From NCBI GenBank assembly GCA_001643675.2, contig LSRY02000032.1, positions 310,001 to 374,000 on the forward strand: 64,000 nucleotides of DNA, given 5' to 3'. This document shows positions 26,103 through 37,200 of this stretch, piece by piece (the stretch's first letter is position 1; each line of letters opens with the position of its first letter). Below the pieces are notes generated by a model that did not search any database, was not told the DNA's origin, and saw nothing but the letters and a program-made list of their open reading frames with translations. Origin of the DNA: Monocercomonoides exilis PA203 (lineage: Eukaryota; Protista; Preaxostyla). Made by a program: the position numbers and the translations under genes.

Positions 26103-27374
26103 TCAAGAAGAAGCAGGTGAGGATTCAGGATTCGAAGAAGGAGACTCTGCTGAAGCTGCTTTCTCGGCCTCTGCAGCATCTCGCTTCTCTTCAAGCTTCG
26201 TCAATGGATTATCAAGTTTCTCCTCCAGGCCCATGTTTGTCTTGTCATCCACTTTGCGTACAACTTTTCTCAAAAAGCCTGGAACCTTCTCGTTTCCTTC
26301 CTCTCCTTCTTCTTCGCCTGTCTGTTCTTGTTCAGCAGGAGCTTCTTGAGAAGCCTCACCTGACTGCTGGGGTTGCTGCCCTTCTTCGTTTTCTCCATTT
26401 TGTTTTTCTTCGTCTTTCTTTTCCTCTTTCTCTTCATCCGCCGTTGGATCAACTTCTCCCTCCTGAGGACTATCGTCTTGTTTCCCGCCTCTTGTTTCGC
26501 TTTCTGCTTGTCTTGTTGATTCCATTCTTTTCGTTTGTCTTCCTCGTGGAACGCTTTTGCTTCGTCCTCCTCTTGATTGACTTAGTCCACGCTTGCTTTT
26601 TTGTGTTCCTCGTAAACTTCCTCTTGTTCCTCCCATTGATCTTCTTGTTCCTGACATCCCTTGAGTTTTGCTCAAAACAAATGGATACTCGCAAATTCTA
26701 TCGATCATCTGTTCTGTACCTTTCCAATCTTCGTCCCATTTCGTATGATCAAAATCTCCTTTTCTTTCTCGAATTCTGTTAACAATGGACTGTAAGTGAA
26801 TATGGCAATATATAAATGAATTGATAAAATGGTTTAAATATTTTATGATATATGGACCAAAAAGCATTAACGAATCAAAAGTTCACAGTTTATCAAATTA
26901 AATGCATGAAAAAAAATCATAAATAATATTTGCAAGCCTGGTTCTCGCTTTGTATTTTACTCTGTTCCATTGTGCGAACATAAATATTCATAGAATATTT
27001 GTTGTATCTGTCAGGTTCTTTTGCATCAATTTCTCCTTTTCCTCGTGAAATTGAAGACATTTTTGCGAGAAGCAAAGCATTATCTCTCTCAATTTCACAA
27101 TATCGTTCTAAAAAATTTTTCAAGCAATAAAATAATAATAATAATAAATATAAATGAAATTAAAAAAATATAATTCCCATCAAAACGCATAGAATTGTAA
27201 ACCTTCATCCATTTGCATCTTTTTGCTTTTTGTGCGCAAATGTGTCCAATTTGCTTTATTGTGACAATCAATGGAAGATTTTATTGTCCTCAGTTTATCT
27301 AAATGAATTTTTCTCTCATTCTCTATCCTACGCCTTTCCAAACTTTTCTTAAGAATTGGCTGAGCACGATCCAT
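26103..27374 (-). CDS. CFAP97/hemingway (KIAA1430) domain flagellar protein; exons 27374-27203, 27107-26938, 26789-26103
   Basis: HLDKLRTIKSSID, KKMQMDE|ERYCEIERDNALLLAKM, KIQSENQ|SIVNRI, KWDEDW...ICEYP fit the CFAP97D pattern. The second intron needs a GC donor. Confidence 0.8.
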
Positions 27375-27489
27375 TTAAATTTATTATGGATCTCACATAA
27401 ACGGTTTGATCCAACGCAATGTTTATTTGACTTATGGGCATTTTCATTTCAATTTTCTTTCGGTTCTTATATTTCAAATAATTTGAAAT

Positions 27490-30400
27490 ATGAGTAAAGA
27501 AAAGAAAAAAACTGAGGTGAAAGAAGAAGAAAATAAATGGTGGCTTTCAACTGGAACGAGTAAGAAAGAAGAACGATGGAAAACTTTGGAACATAATGGA
27601 GTTATTTTGCCTCCTCCATATGAGCCTCATGGCATTAAAATGCTATATGATGGGAAACCTGTAACTTTGACGCCAAAGCAAGAAGAAATCGCAACTTATT
27701 ATGCTCAGGTTATGGAAAGAGAATCTTCAAAAAAACCGATCTTTCAAAAAAATTTCTTCAATGAATTTCGCAAAGTTCTTGGAAAGGCATCAAATATTTG
27801 AAATTATTTGATCATGTTTATTATTTTTGATGACTTTTTACAATTTTAGGATCATGTTATTCAGGAATTTGGTCGCTGTGATTTTTCACCAATCTATGAA
27901 CATTTACAGTCTATCATAGATGCTCGAAACAGACTTTCTCCTGAAGAAAAGAAGGTTGCGCTAGAAATGAATTATTTTCTAACAATTGCTAAATTTCTAT
28001 TTTTAGGCACTTCGTGAAGCGAACAAAAAAGAAACAGAAAAATATCAATATGCTTTGGTTGATGGCCAAAAAGAAAAGGTTGGAAACTTTAAAATTGAGC
28101 CACCTGGACTCTTTCAGGGAAGAGGATCTCATCCAAAAGCTGGAAAATTGAAGGTTTCTTTTTATTTTTTAAATTATTATTACATTTTTTTATGGAATCT
28201 TTCATTCATTTATTTCGATATATGTAGGGAAGAGTTGAACCAGAAGACATAATTATTAATATCGGAGAAGGAGCAAAAGTTCCAGAACCCCCTGCAGGAA
28301 GACATTGGAAAGATGTTATTCATGATCATTCAGTATGAAATAAAGCAACTAATAAGTGATTACTTGAAAATCATTAATTTTCAACAGGTGACGTGGTTGG
28401 CAACATGGAAAGATACGCTCAACAATCATCCGAAATATGTTTTTCTTGCTGCAACAAGTAGATTTCGAGGTGAAAGTGATATGAAGAAGTTTCAAAAAGC
28501 ACGATGCTTGCATCTGCACATCGATAAAGTTCGATCTGATTACTGGAAGAAAATCAAAAGTCGCGATAGAGAAGAAAAGCAGTTGGGTGTTGCAGTATAT
28601 GTATGACCTTTTCTCTTTTTTGTCTTTTGGATGATGATATTTTAAATGTATTTATTTCATTTTTGAAATATTGAATACCATGATGAAATTTTATGTTAAT
28701 TCAATTATAATTATAATTATAGCTCATTGATAAATTAGCAATTAGAGCTGGAAATGAAAAGCCTGATGACACAGCTGATACAGTTGGTTGTTGCACGCTG
28801 AAAGTTGGGAATGTTACATTTGAAGATGAAACAAAGGTTCATTTTGATTTTTTGGGTAAAGATTCTATCAGATATGATAGAGTTGTTGAACTTGATAAAG
28901 AGGTACAAGCAACAATGCGCACATTTTGCTACGTTGAAGATAAAAAGAAACGAAAGAAAGATGAAGACTTGCTATTTGAAAAGTTTGCTATTTTCAAATT
29001 TTATAATTTTTTTTTATTTTTTATTTTAAAAAATAATATTAATATTGTTTATTATGCTTGCTTTGAACATATCAATTGTAATGAAACTTAATATTTTGAA
29101 ATTAACTTTCAGAATAAACACCACGAAGTTAAACAAATATCTGCATCAATTTCTTCACGGACTTACAGCTAAGAACTTCCGTACATACAACGCCTGCATC
29201 ACCCTCCAGCAGCAACTCGATGAAACGCCTGCAAAGCTAAAAGGAGATCAGCCAGCTCTTCTTCAATTTTACAACCGAGCTAATTTTGAAGTGGCGAGGT
29301 TGTGTAATCATCAACGGGCAATTCCAAAAGGATTTCAACACACTCAATGGATATCTGAAGCTAAAATAAAGGCGCTTGAAAATGAACGAGATTATGTGCG
29401 TGCGCTGTTGGCACTTAGGCAAGGAGGAAGAAAAGGCGACAGTGAAAAAAGTTCGAAAAAGGCTGCACCAAAAAAACCGAAAAAATCGAAAAAAGATAAT
29501 GATGAAGAAGACGAAGAAGAGGAAGAGGAAGAGGAAGAAGCCAAAAAGCCAAAAAGAAAAACCAAAAAGAAGAGCGCAAAAGGAGAGGATGATGAAGAGG
29601 ATGATGATAGTGACGAAGATTTTGGATCATCGAAGAAGAAAAAGGCAAAGGCAAAACCTAAAGCTAATTCAAAGACAAAGGGAGCAAAGAAAACCAAAAA
29701 GTCAACAAAAAAGACTTCAGATTCAGATGAATCAGACATTGATTCTGATGATATGAATCAGATGGCGCAAAAATCATCAGCTAAAAAGACAAGGAAGACC
29801 AAAAAGGATACCAAGTCTTCTTCTGCTTTTGATGATCTTGATGAGCTGAAGCCGTTCGAAGCTTCTTCGTCGACATCTCCTTCATCAGATTCTCAGTCAC
29901 GAATGCCTGCATTGTACACATTACCGCCAATTACTGCTTCTGCTGCATCACTTCTTGAAGGATCAGCTGAATGGTTGAAAAAGGAGATAGAAGATGTTAA
30001 TAAGCAGCTGGTTACAATAAAGGAAGAAGTGTCAAAATATACATTGATCAAAGATGAGAAAATGGAAGATGATCTTTTGAGCAAAGACTTCGACGAAAAG
30101 AAAGTGGAAAAAAAGAAAAAGAAGGTGAAATCCAAAAAAGAGGAAGAGGATGAAGATGATGACAAAAGTGAGGAAGAAGCAACAAAATCAACGAAAAAAG
30201 AGACATCTAAAACAAAAACTACTTTAACGAAAGTTAAAAAAGAAGAGGACGATGCTTTGATTGAATTTGTCACCACCGAAAATACAACATCAACGGAATC
30301 TTCTTCTGCATCAGCATCATCACAGTCAGTTACAACTTCATTGTCGCAAAGTATGAAACTAAGTGCAGATGAGCTTGTTGAAATGAACAGGAAGCGCAAA

Positions 30401-31276
30401 GAAAAAACGGAGGAACAGAAAAAAATTGAAGCGAAACAGAAGCTTTTGGAGAAGCTGCAGTCAGCATGCGAAGAGTGGCGCGATAAGTATGAGCATCGCA
30501 ATGAAGAGCAGTTGGAACGAAATGCTGTCCAGTTAAGTGAGAGAGTGAGGAAACTTCAAATTGAGAGGCAAAACCGATTGGAAGGAGCTGAATTTGCATT
30601 GTCAACTTCAAGATTGAATTATCTTGATCCACGTGTGTCCATTGCCTGGTGCAAGAAATGGGGTCTGGACATTGCGAAAATATTTTCAAAGGGGCTCAGA
30701 GACAAGTTCCCGTGGGCTTTGGATGTTCCTGAAGACTGGAGATTTGATTCAATGAGCAAAGAAGATGAAGCGGCAGTTTTGAACCAAGAGAAGAAGGATA
30801 AAAAAGAAAAAAGAAAGGAAAAAGGCAAGAAAGGAAAAGGAAAAAGAAAGGCAAGAAAAACAAATAGTAAAAAGAGAGCGACAACAAAAAGAAGAAAAGT
30901 GGAATCTGAAAGTGAAGAAGAAGATGAAGAAGAAGAAGATTTTGATGACGACGATGAAAGCGATTCAGATGAAGATGACGATGAGAGCAGCAGTGACAGT
31001 AGCAGTGAAAGCAGTGATGATGACGATGATTCAGATTCTTCAAGTGAGTCTGAAGAAAAGCCATCATCTTCAAAAAAGCCGAATTCAGCGGATAAAAGAA
31101 AGACTTCACCCACATCTCCAGCGAAGCCATCACGTATTACAAAAAAACAAACGAAAGAGCAAACAAAACCAAAACCAAAACCAAGAAAATCTCAAAGTAA
31201 GTTATCTTTAGGAGATGACGAAGATGAGGAAGAAAGCAGCGAAGATGACGAAGATGATAGTGATTATGATGAGTAG
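27490..31276 (+). CDS. TOP1: DNA topoisomerase IB; exons ~27490-27786, 27850-27954, 28007-28153, 28228-28332, 28388-28600, 28723-28982, 29113-31276
   Basis: WKTLEHNGV, [19 protein letters not shown], [37 protein letters not shown], GLTAKxFRTYNA, LCNHQR, catalytic [11 protein letters not shown]. Six phase-compatible introns. Confidence 0.96.
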
Positions 31277-31626
31277 TTAATATAAATGTGAAGACACTTC
31301 ATATCATTTCGGTTGTTACGATTCGTTTTTGAAAGTAGTTTTTATGAGTATTTTGAAGTTTATGAGTATTGTCGAATATTTTTTTAACATTAAATAGAAT
31401 CAAAAGACAAATATTTTGTGATGAATAGCAAATACTTAAGAATTCAAACTAAACTATAAAAATGATTATTGATGAACAACATTCATAATTTCATTTGCAT
31501 CAGAATTAATTTGACAACAAAATTTATTTTGTACAGCAACGGATGAATGATTTGAAAAGCATGACAATATTTCTTGATAATAAAATTTTCCAGGAAATAA
31601 AGGAGAAAAATAGTGAAAATACAAAG

Positions 31627-31628
<2 letters not shown>

Positions 31629-31669
<41 letters not shown>

Positions 31670-31689
31670 TTGTTGTTGTTGTTGTTGTT
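31629..31689 (-). repeat. T40 followed by (GTT)7, i.e. (AAC)7-poly(A) on the minus strand
   Basis: Directly visible. Confidence 0.9.
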
Positions 31690-31780
31690 GGAAATTCTTC
31701 ACAAAAACATTTTTTTTCACTTGCTAGAACTATTTTTATCATTCACGTATATAAAAAAAAACTTATTGAAACATATTAAA

Positions 31781-31992
31781 GTTGATCCTTTTTAAAAGCA
31801 CTCTTTCATTCGAGTTTTAGTCAATTTTTCATAATCAATGGGATTTTTTTTTTTTTGATAATTTTGTTTATTCATTTACAACATAATGAACAATATGTAT
31901 TGACAGTTGAAGTTCAATTTTTTTTGAAATCCCATTGATGTTGAAAAATTGATCAAAACTCGAACGAAAGAATAATTTCAAAAATGATCAAC
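31781..31992. repeat. Degenerate inverted repeat, ~65-bp arms (MITE-like)
   Basis: GTTGATC...TTCGAGTTTT...TCAATTTTTCA...ATCAATGGGATTT (31781-31846) mirrored by AAATCCCATTGAT...TGAAAAATTGA...AAAACTCGAA...GATCAAC (31927-31992). Confidence 0.75.
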
Positions 31993-32315
31993 AATATAGA
32001 AAAATCATTAAAATAGAAATATTTGTGTGATTATTTTTGAAATCCTTTCTTTTTTCGGGATGTTGATAATTCAAAGGTTGTTCCTCTTTGACTGGAAATG
32101 ATATTTTTTTATGAAAAATGTTTAACATTTCTTTCATGTGCCAATGTTTGAGATTTGTTCATTGCTAAATTTTCAACAAATGTGTTATTGACTTAAGGCG
32201 TTCATTTATTTGTATTCAATTCAAATATTCTTTCCATAAATATTGATCGAAATAATATGATTTCAAAAATCATTGTCAATATTTTGCAATAATATTTTCA
32301 TTTCAAGGATTGTGA

Positions 32316-33384
32316 TACCATCGTTCTAAAACACGGGAATTTTTCTAAAACCCGGACTTTTTCATAAAATTCATATTTTTCAACAACTTTCAAAAATAAA
32401 ATTATGATAATTCACATAATTATTCATCGGTATATAACACATATAATCATGTACAAATTTTTGTTTATTGTACTGTATTTATGAAGAAATAAATAATTTT
32501 TATTTTTGAAAATCTGACTTTTAATGAATTTTTCTATTTTAATAAAACGATTCAGTTCATCTTTTATATATAAAACTTATTTTTTCTTTGTTGCAAACTG
32601 TTCTGGTTATTTTTTATTTCCGGCAATTTGCTCCTTCTGATGAAAACAAAAACTATCATTTTTGAAAAATCATTGTCAATGGGATAACTAAAAAAATATT
32701 TTTTGCAAAACACAAAAACATCCAAGTGCATTTTACACATGCTTTGATAAATATGACAGTTATTTAAAATTTCTTTATTGATGAAATTCAAAATGATTCA
32801 GTAAGTATTTCAGAAAACACAATTTGGTAGATTATTCATTGAAAATGATCATTATTAATCATCAATTCTGAGAATAATCTTGAATTATGAAATACTAACT
32901 GAATCATTTTGAATTTCATCAATAAAGAAATTTTAAATAACTGTCATATTTATCAAAGCATGTGTAAAATGCACTTGGATGTTTTTGTGTTTTGCAAAAA
33001 ATATTTTTTTAGTTATCCCATTGACTATGATTTTTTGAAAATGACAGATTTTCCTTCCGCTAGAAATAGCAAATTGCCGAAAATGAGAAATAACCAGAAC
33101 AGTTTGCAACAAAGAAAAAATAAGTTTTATATATAAAAGATGAACTGAATCGTTTTATTAAAATAGAAAAATTCATTAAAAGTCAGATTTTCAAAAATAA
33201 AAATTATTTATTTCTTCATAAATACAGTACAATAAACAAAAATTTGTACATGATTATATGTGTTATATACCGATGAATAATTATGTGAATTATCATAATT
33301 TTATTTTTGAAAGTTGTTGAAAAATATGAATTTTATGAAAAAGTCCGGGTTTTAGAAAAATTCCCGTGTTTTCGAACGATGGTA
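32316..33384. mobile_element. Foldback / large MITE: ~497-bp inverted arms with a 75-bp spacer, TA at both ends
   Basis: Arms 32316-32812 and 32888-33384 are near-perfect reverse complements; ends TA-CCATCGTTC...GAACGATGG-TA. No credible coding capacity. Confidence 0.85.
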
Positions 33385-33995
33385 CTCTTCATGAAAAAAT
33401 GATAAATGGGCAAATGTGTATGATACGACCAGTGAAAAACTCATATCATAACGATTTCTTTATCATATTCCTACCAGATAATCATTAGTTCAATGAAGAT
33501 ATAGTCAATTTTTATCATCAATTTCTTCAAAGAAAGAAATTTTTAATTATTTCAATTTATGAATTGTGATAAAAAATTATCTTCGTATAAAAGCCCTAAA
33601 ATTTTTATAAATGAAGTTAAAATGAAGTATTCTTTAGGGCTGGCCCTAATTCATAGAATTCTATTGTTTAAATTTGTTAATAGGGAAAAAAAAAAAAACC
33701 TAAAAGAAAATGTGATTAAATAAAATGATGGGGCTGATCAAAGATTTTTGTCTCTTTAAGATTTATAATGTTGGTCGATAATTTAATTTTTGAATAAAAT
33801 TTAATAACTGATCTTTATTAATGAGTTCGATAAGCTCAGTTTCGATACAGTTTAAGGTATTTTCAAGAAAAAAATCATTACTGGCCGTATAATCCCCTTT
33901 TGCCGATAAATGTGATTAAAAAATAGTGAAGATGATCAAATTTTGTATGAATTATCTGTTGTTGATGACTGTGTTTATTTTCATTCCGATTCAAA

Positions 33996-34029
<34 letters not shown>

Positions 34030-34264
34030 GATAAAAATCTTTGAAAGGACTGTGAGGAACAAAATACGTAAAGCAAAATATTTTGTCCCATATAGATTAT
34101 TGTTTGATAATAATTCCTTTGGGATTGATCGATCAGATGACATGATCTTCTATCTTTCATAATTATTAGAACAAACAAACGATAATACATCATATTTTAA
34201 ATTAAAAAATTAAATGATAAAAAAGTGTTCCATAATAAATAATGTTTTTTATAACCCCAAAAAG

Positions 34265-37200
34265 ATGATTTTGATATTTTCCTTCTTGGTGCTTGGTGGT
34301 GTTCGCAGTAGCGAGAGCACTGGGCTTTGCTTGGGGGATGACGCATCGGACAAAATGGGCTTGAAGAAAGTACGGATTGCGAAGATGAGATTGAAACACT
34401 CTCTCGAGAATGAAGGAACCAAAAACAAAAAATGGTTGTGTGCATTGGGAGATACAGGGAACAGGAAGCAGTTTGATGTGTACCGGAAAAATGATCTTTC
34501 TGGTTTGATGTCAGAGGTTGAAGGCACATGGAGGGCGCGAAATTCCTCGAGTATGCTTGTTGGAATGGTTTTCGTGCAGCAGAAGACAAGAAGCCTTTTC
34601 ATCGTTGAAAAATATTCGGTTGTTAGTATTTGCTCGAGTATTTTGGTGAGAGATGCCAACCCTCCAATTTCTTTTGAAAATCGAGAATCTGTTCTCCGCT
34701 TTGCCAATTTGACGCTTGAGCACGAATCGCAGAACGAGGCTGTGCAGTCCATCTGCTTTGCTGAAGGGAAAGAGTCGTCAACCTCAATGGATAATTGCTT
34801 GGTCAGCGATTTGAGATTCTGTGGAAGTGGGCTGATTTGTGGGATTGACAGCCACTCTATTTCCATCAAAAACACAATCATACGCAACATCACCAGAGAA
34901 GGAAAGCTGTTGCAAACGGACAAGCCCAGTGCCATTGGAAGAAAAACGGAGGAAAGCTCCATTGAAAACTGCCTGTTGATTTCAACAGAAAATGCATTTT
35001 TTGGCTCTGCAATTTATGGTCTGAAAGGTACAGTCCGTTTTCATTGCAAAAATACATCTGTAATCAGCAACAGAGATCGCAATGATGGATACACAAGCCA
35101 AAGCAGGATCAACACTTCAGATTCTGTGTCATTGAGTAATTCTGAATGGATTGATTGCAATTCAACAACTAATGGAGGCGCCATTCATATAACAGGGAAC
35201 ACTGCATCCATCCTCACTCTTTCAAATTGCTATTTTCAAGGAAATATTGCACAAAGCGGACGGGGAGGCGCAATATACGCAGAATCTATTTCTCAGATTT
35301 CCATTTGTGACTCTATTTTTTTGAACTGCCAAGCACCGGGTAGTCTCAACGAAGCTGGCGGCGCAATTTGCATCACAAGTCCTCAGACAACATACATTGT
35401 TAGAAATAATTCATTCAGAAATTGTTATGTTGGCAATGATGGTGGCGGGCTGTCAATTGATAGAAAAACTTCAGTTACAACAGGAGATATCATATCAGAT
35501 TGCTTGTTTTACAACTGCACAACGTCAAATGTTTCTACACCAACAGGTGGTGGAATTCAAATGTGGGAAATGCAAGTGCCTCCAGAGGTTAGTGGCTGCG
35601 CATTTCTTAATAATTTCGCTTTAAAGGGTGGTGGAGGGTTTTCACTTTATGTTCCAAAACAAATCACAAATACAGTGTTGTATTTTTGCTTTTTTCACAA
35701 TAATAGCCAAGGTGCAGGACGAACTGGCGGATGCGATATTCTCTTACAAAATCAAAACAACAATGCGATAGACACAAATTGCTATTCAACTCGTCAGATT
35801 GGAATTCGTGTAGGAACAAACGATGGCTCTATTGTTGATCGAAGTGAATGGCTAAGGAATGATGGAGGAAGAGTCAGGTTTGTTTCTTCGACTGAAACGC
35901 AACCTCATGCAATGGATGCATTTGTATGTGGAATTAATGAATCTTATCCGTGTTGCACCATCAGCCATTGTTTGACTCAACTGATTCCAGAATTTGTGAA
36001 GGATATCAAAGTACTCACAGGAACAATAATCGTGACAAAAAATGTGGATTGTGGAGCAGATGGTTTATCAATTTATGGCGAAAGTGATTTGAGTTCAAAA
36101 ATCCAAACAGAATTAGAATCAGCTGGCTTGTCTCTTTTTTCTGCCTCAACAGGCACATTGACAGTGAGTGACATTTCCCTTGTTCATGACTCGGCATATG
36201 CAAATAATCGTGGTTCAAAGCTGTTTGTAATTACAAAAGCAGGGGAAATGCATATTGGCAGATTAAATATATCTGCTGGAAGCGGACACTCAGCTCAAAC
36301 AACATTTTCTACAGAGCTGATAAACATTCAGAGTGGAATGCTGCAGATGGAAAGTGTGAACTGGGCAAAAATAATTTCTGCAAATTCATTGTTTTCGCTT
36401 TCTTTAACAAATGAAATATCATTGGCATTTTCTGAGTGTTCCTTCAGTGGAATCGAAAGAACAACCAGCGGATCAGCGGTGATGTCGTTTTCCAACGATA
36501 AGGCAAACATTGAACTGAATTCTTGTTCATTTTTTGGATGTGGAAGCACAACATCGACTGATGGAGGCTCGATGATGCTGTGCGTGGGAGAGGCGAATGA
36601 AGTGAAAGTTGAAGGCGGGACCTTTGATGGTTGCTTTTGTTCTTCTTCCAATGGTCTTGGCGGAGGAATCCTTCTTCAATTGCTGGATGAAAATCCAGAT
36701 TTCCTGATTTCTTCCTCCTTTAGCTCAAACACAGCCAAATGGGGAAGAGATATCTTTGTCCTTTCACCAAATCTGGAAAAAACAGCAAAGTCACAAAAAA
36801 TCACATGCGTAACAGCATCATCAGATTCTGCTGACAGAGTGCGAGGATTCGACAACGGAAATACAACTTTGGCTATTCCTCTGTGCATCTATCTCCTTCC
36901 CACACCAGCAGAAATATATGTGAGAAACGCTGAGGCATCTGATCATTTACGTTGCGGAATTGCTCAATTCCCTTGTTTGACTTTGAAGCACTCATTCACA
37001 CGTCAAACAGAAGAAAAGAAAGTTGTTGTGAAGGGAACAATTCCTGTTTGTGATGAATTTGTTTTATCCAGCCAGAAGCATGTTATTCGAGGAAATGATG
37101 ATCAAAGTGGATGGACAGTTTCTGATGCAAGCACAACATCCAATTCAGCGTTGTTAACAGCAACCATTGAAACTGAATTATCAAAGCTCATCTTCTCTCT

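Noticed and set aside
32564-33136. Two near-identical 75-aa ORFs on opposite strands
   Set aside because: By-product of the palindrome arms; TTG starts and AT-rich, non-protein-like sequence.
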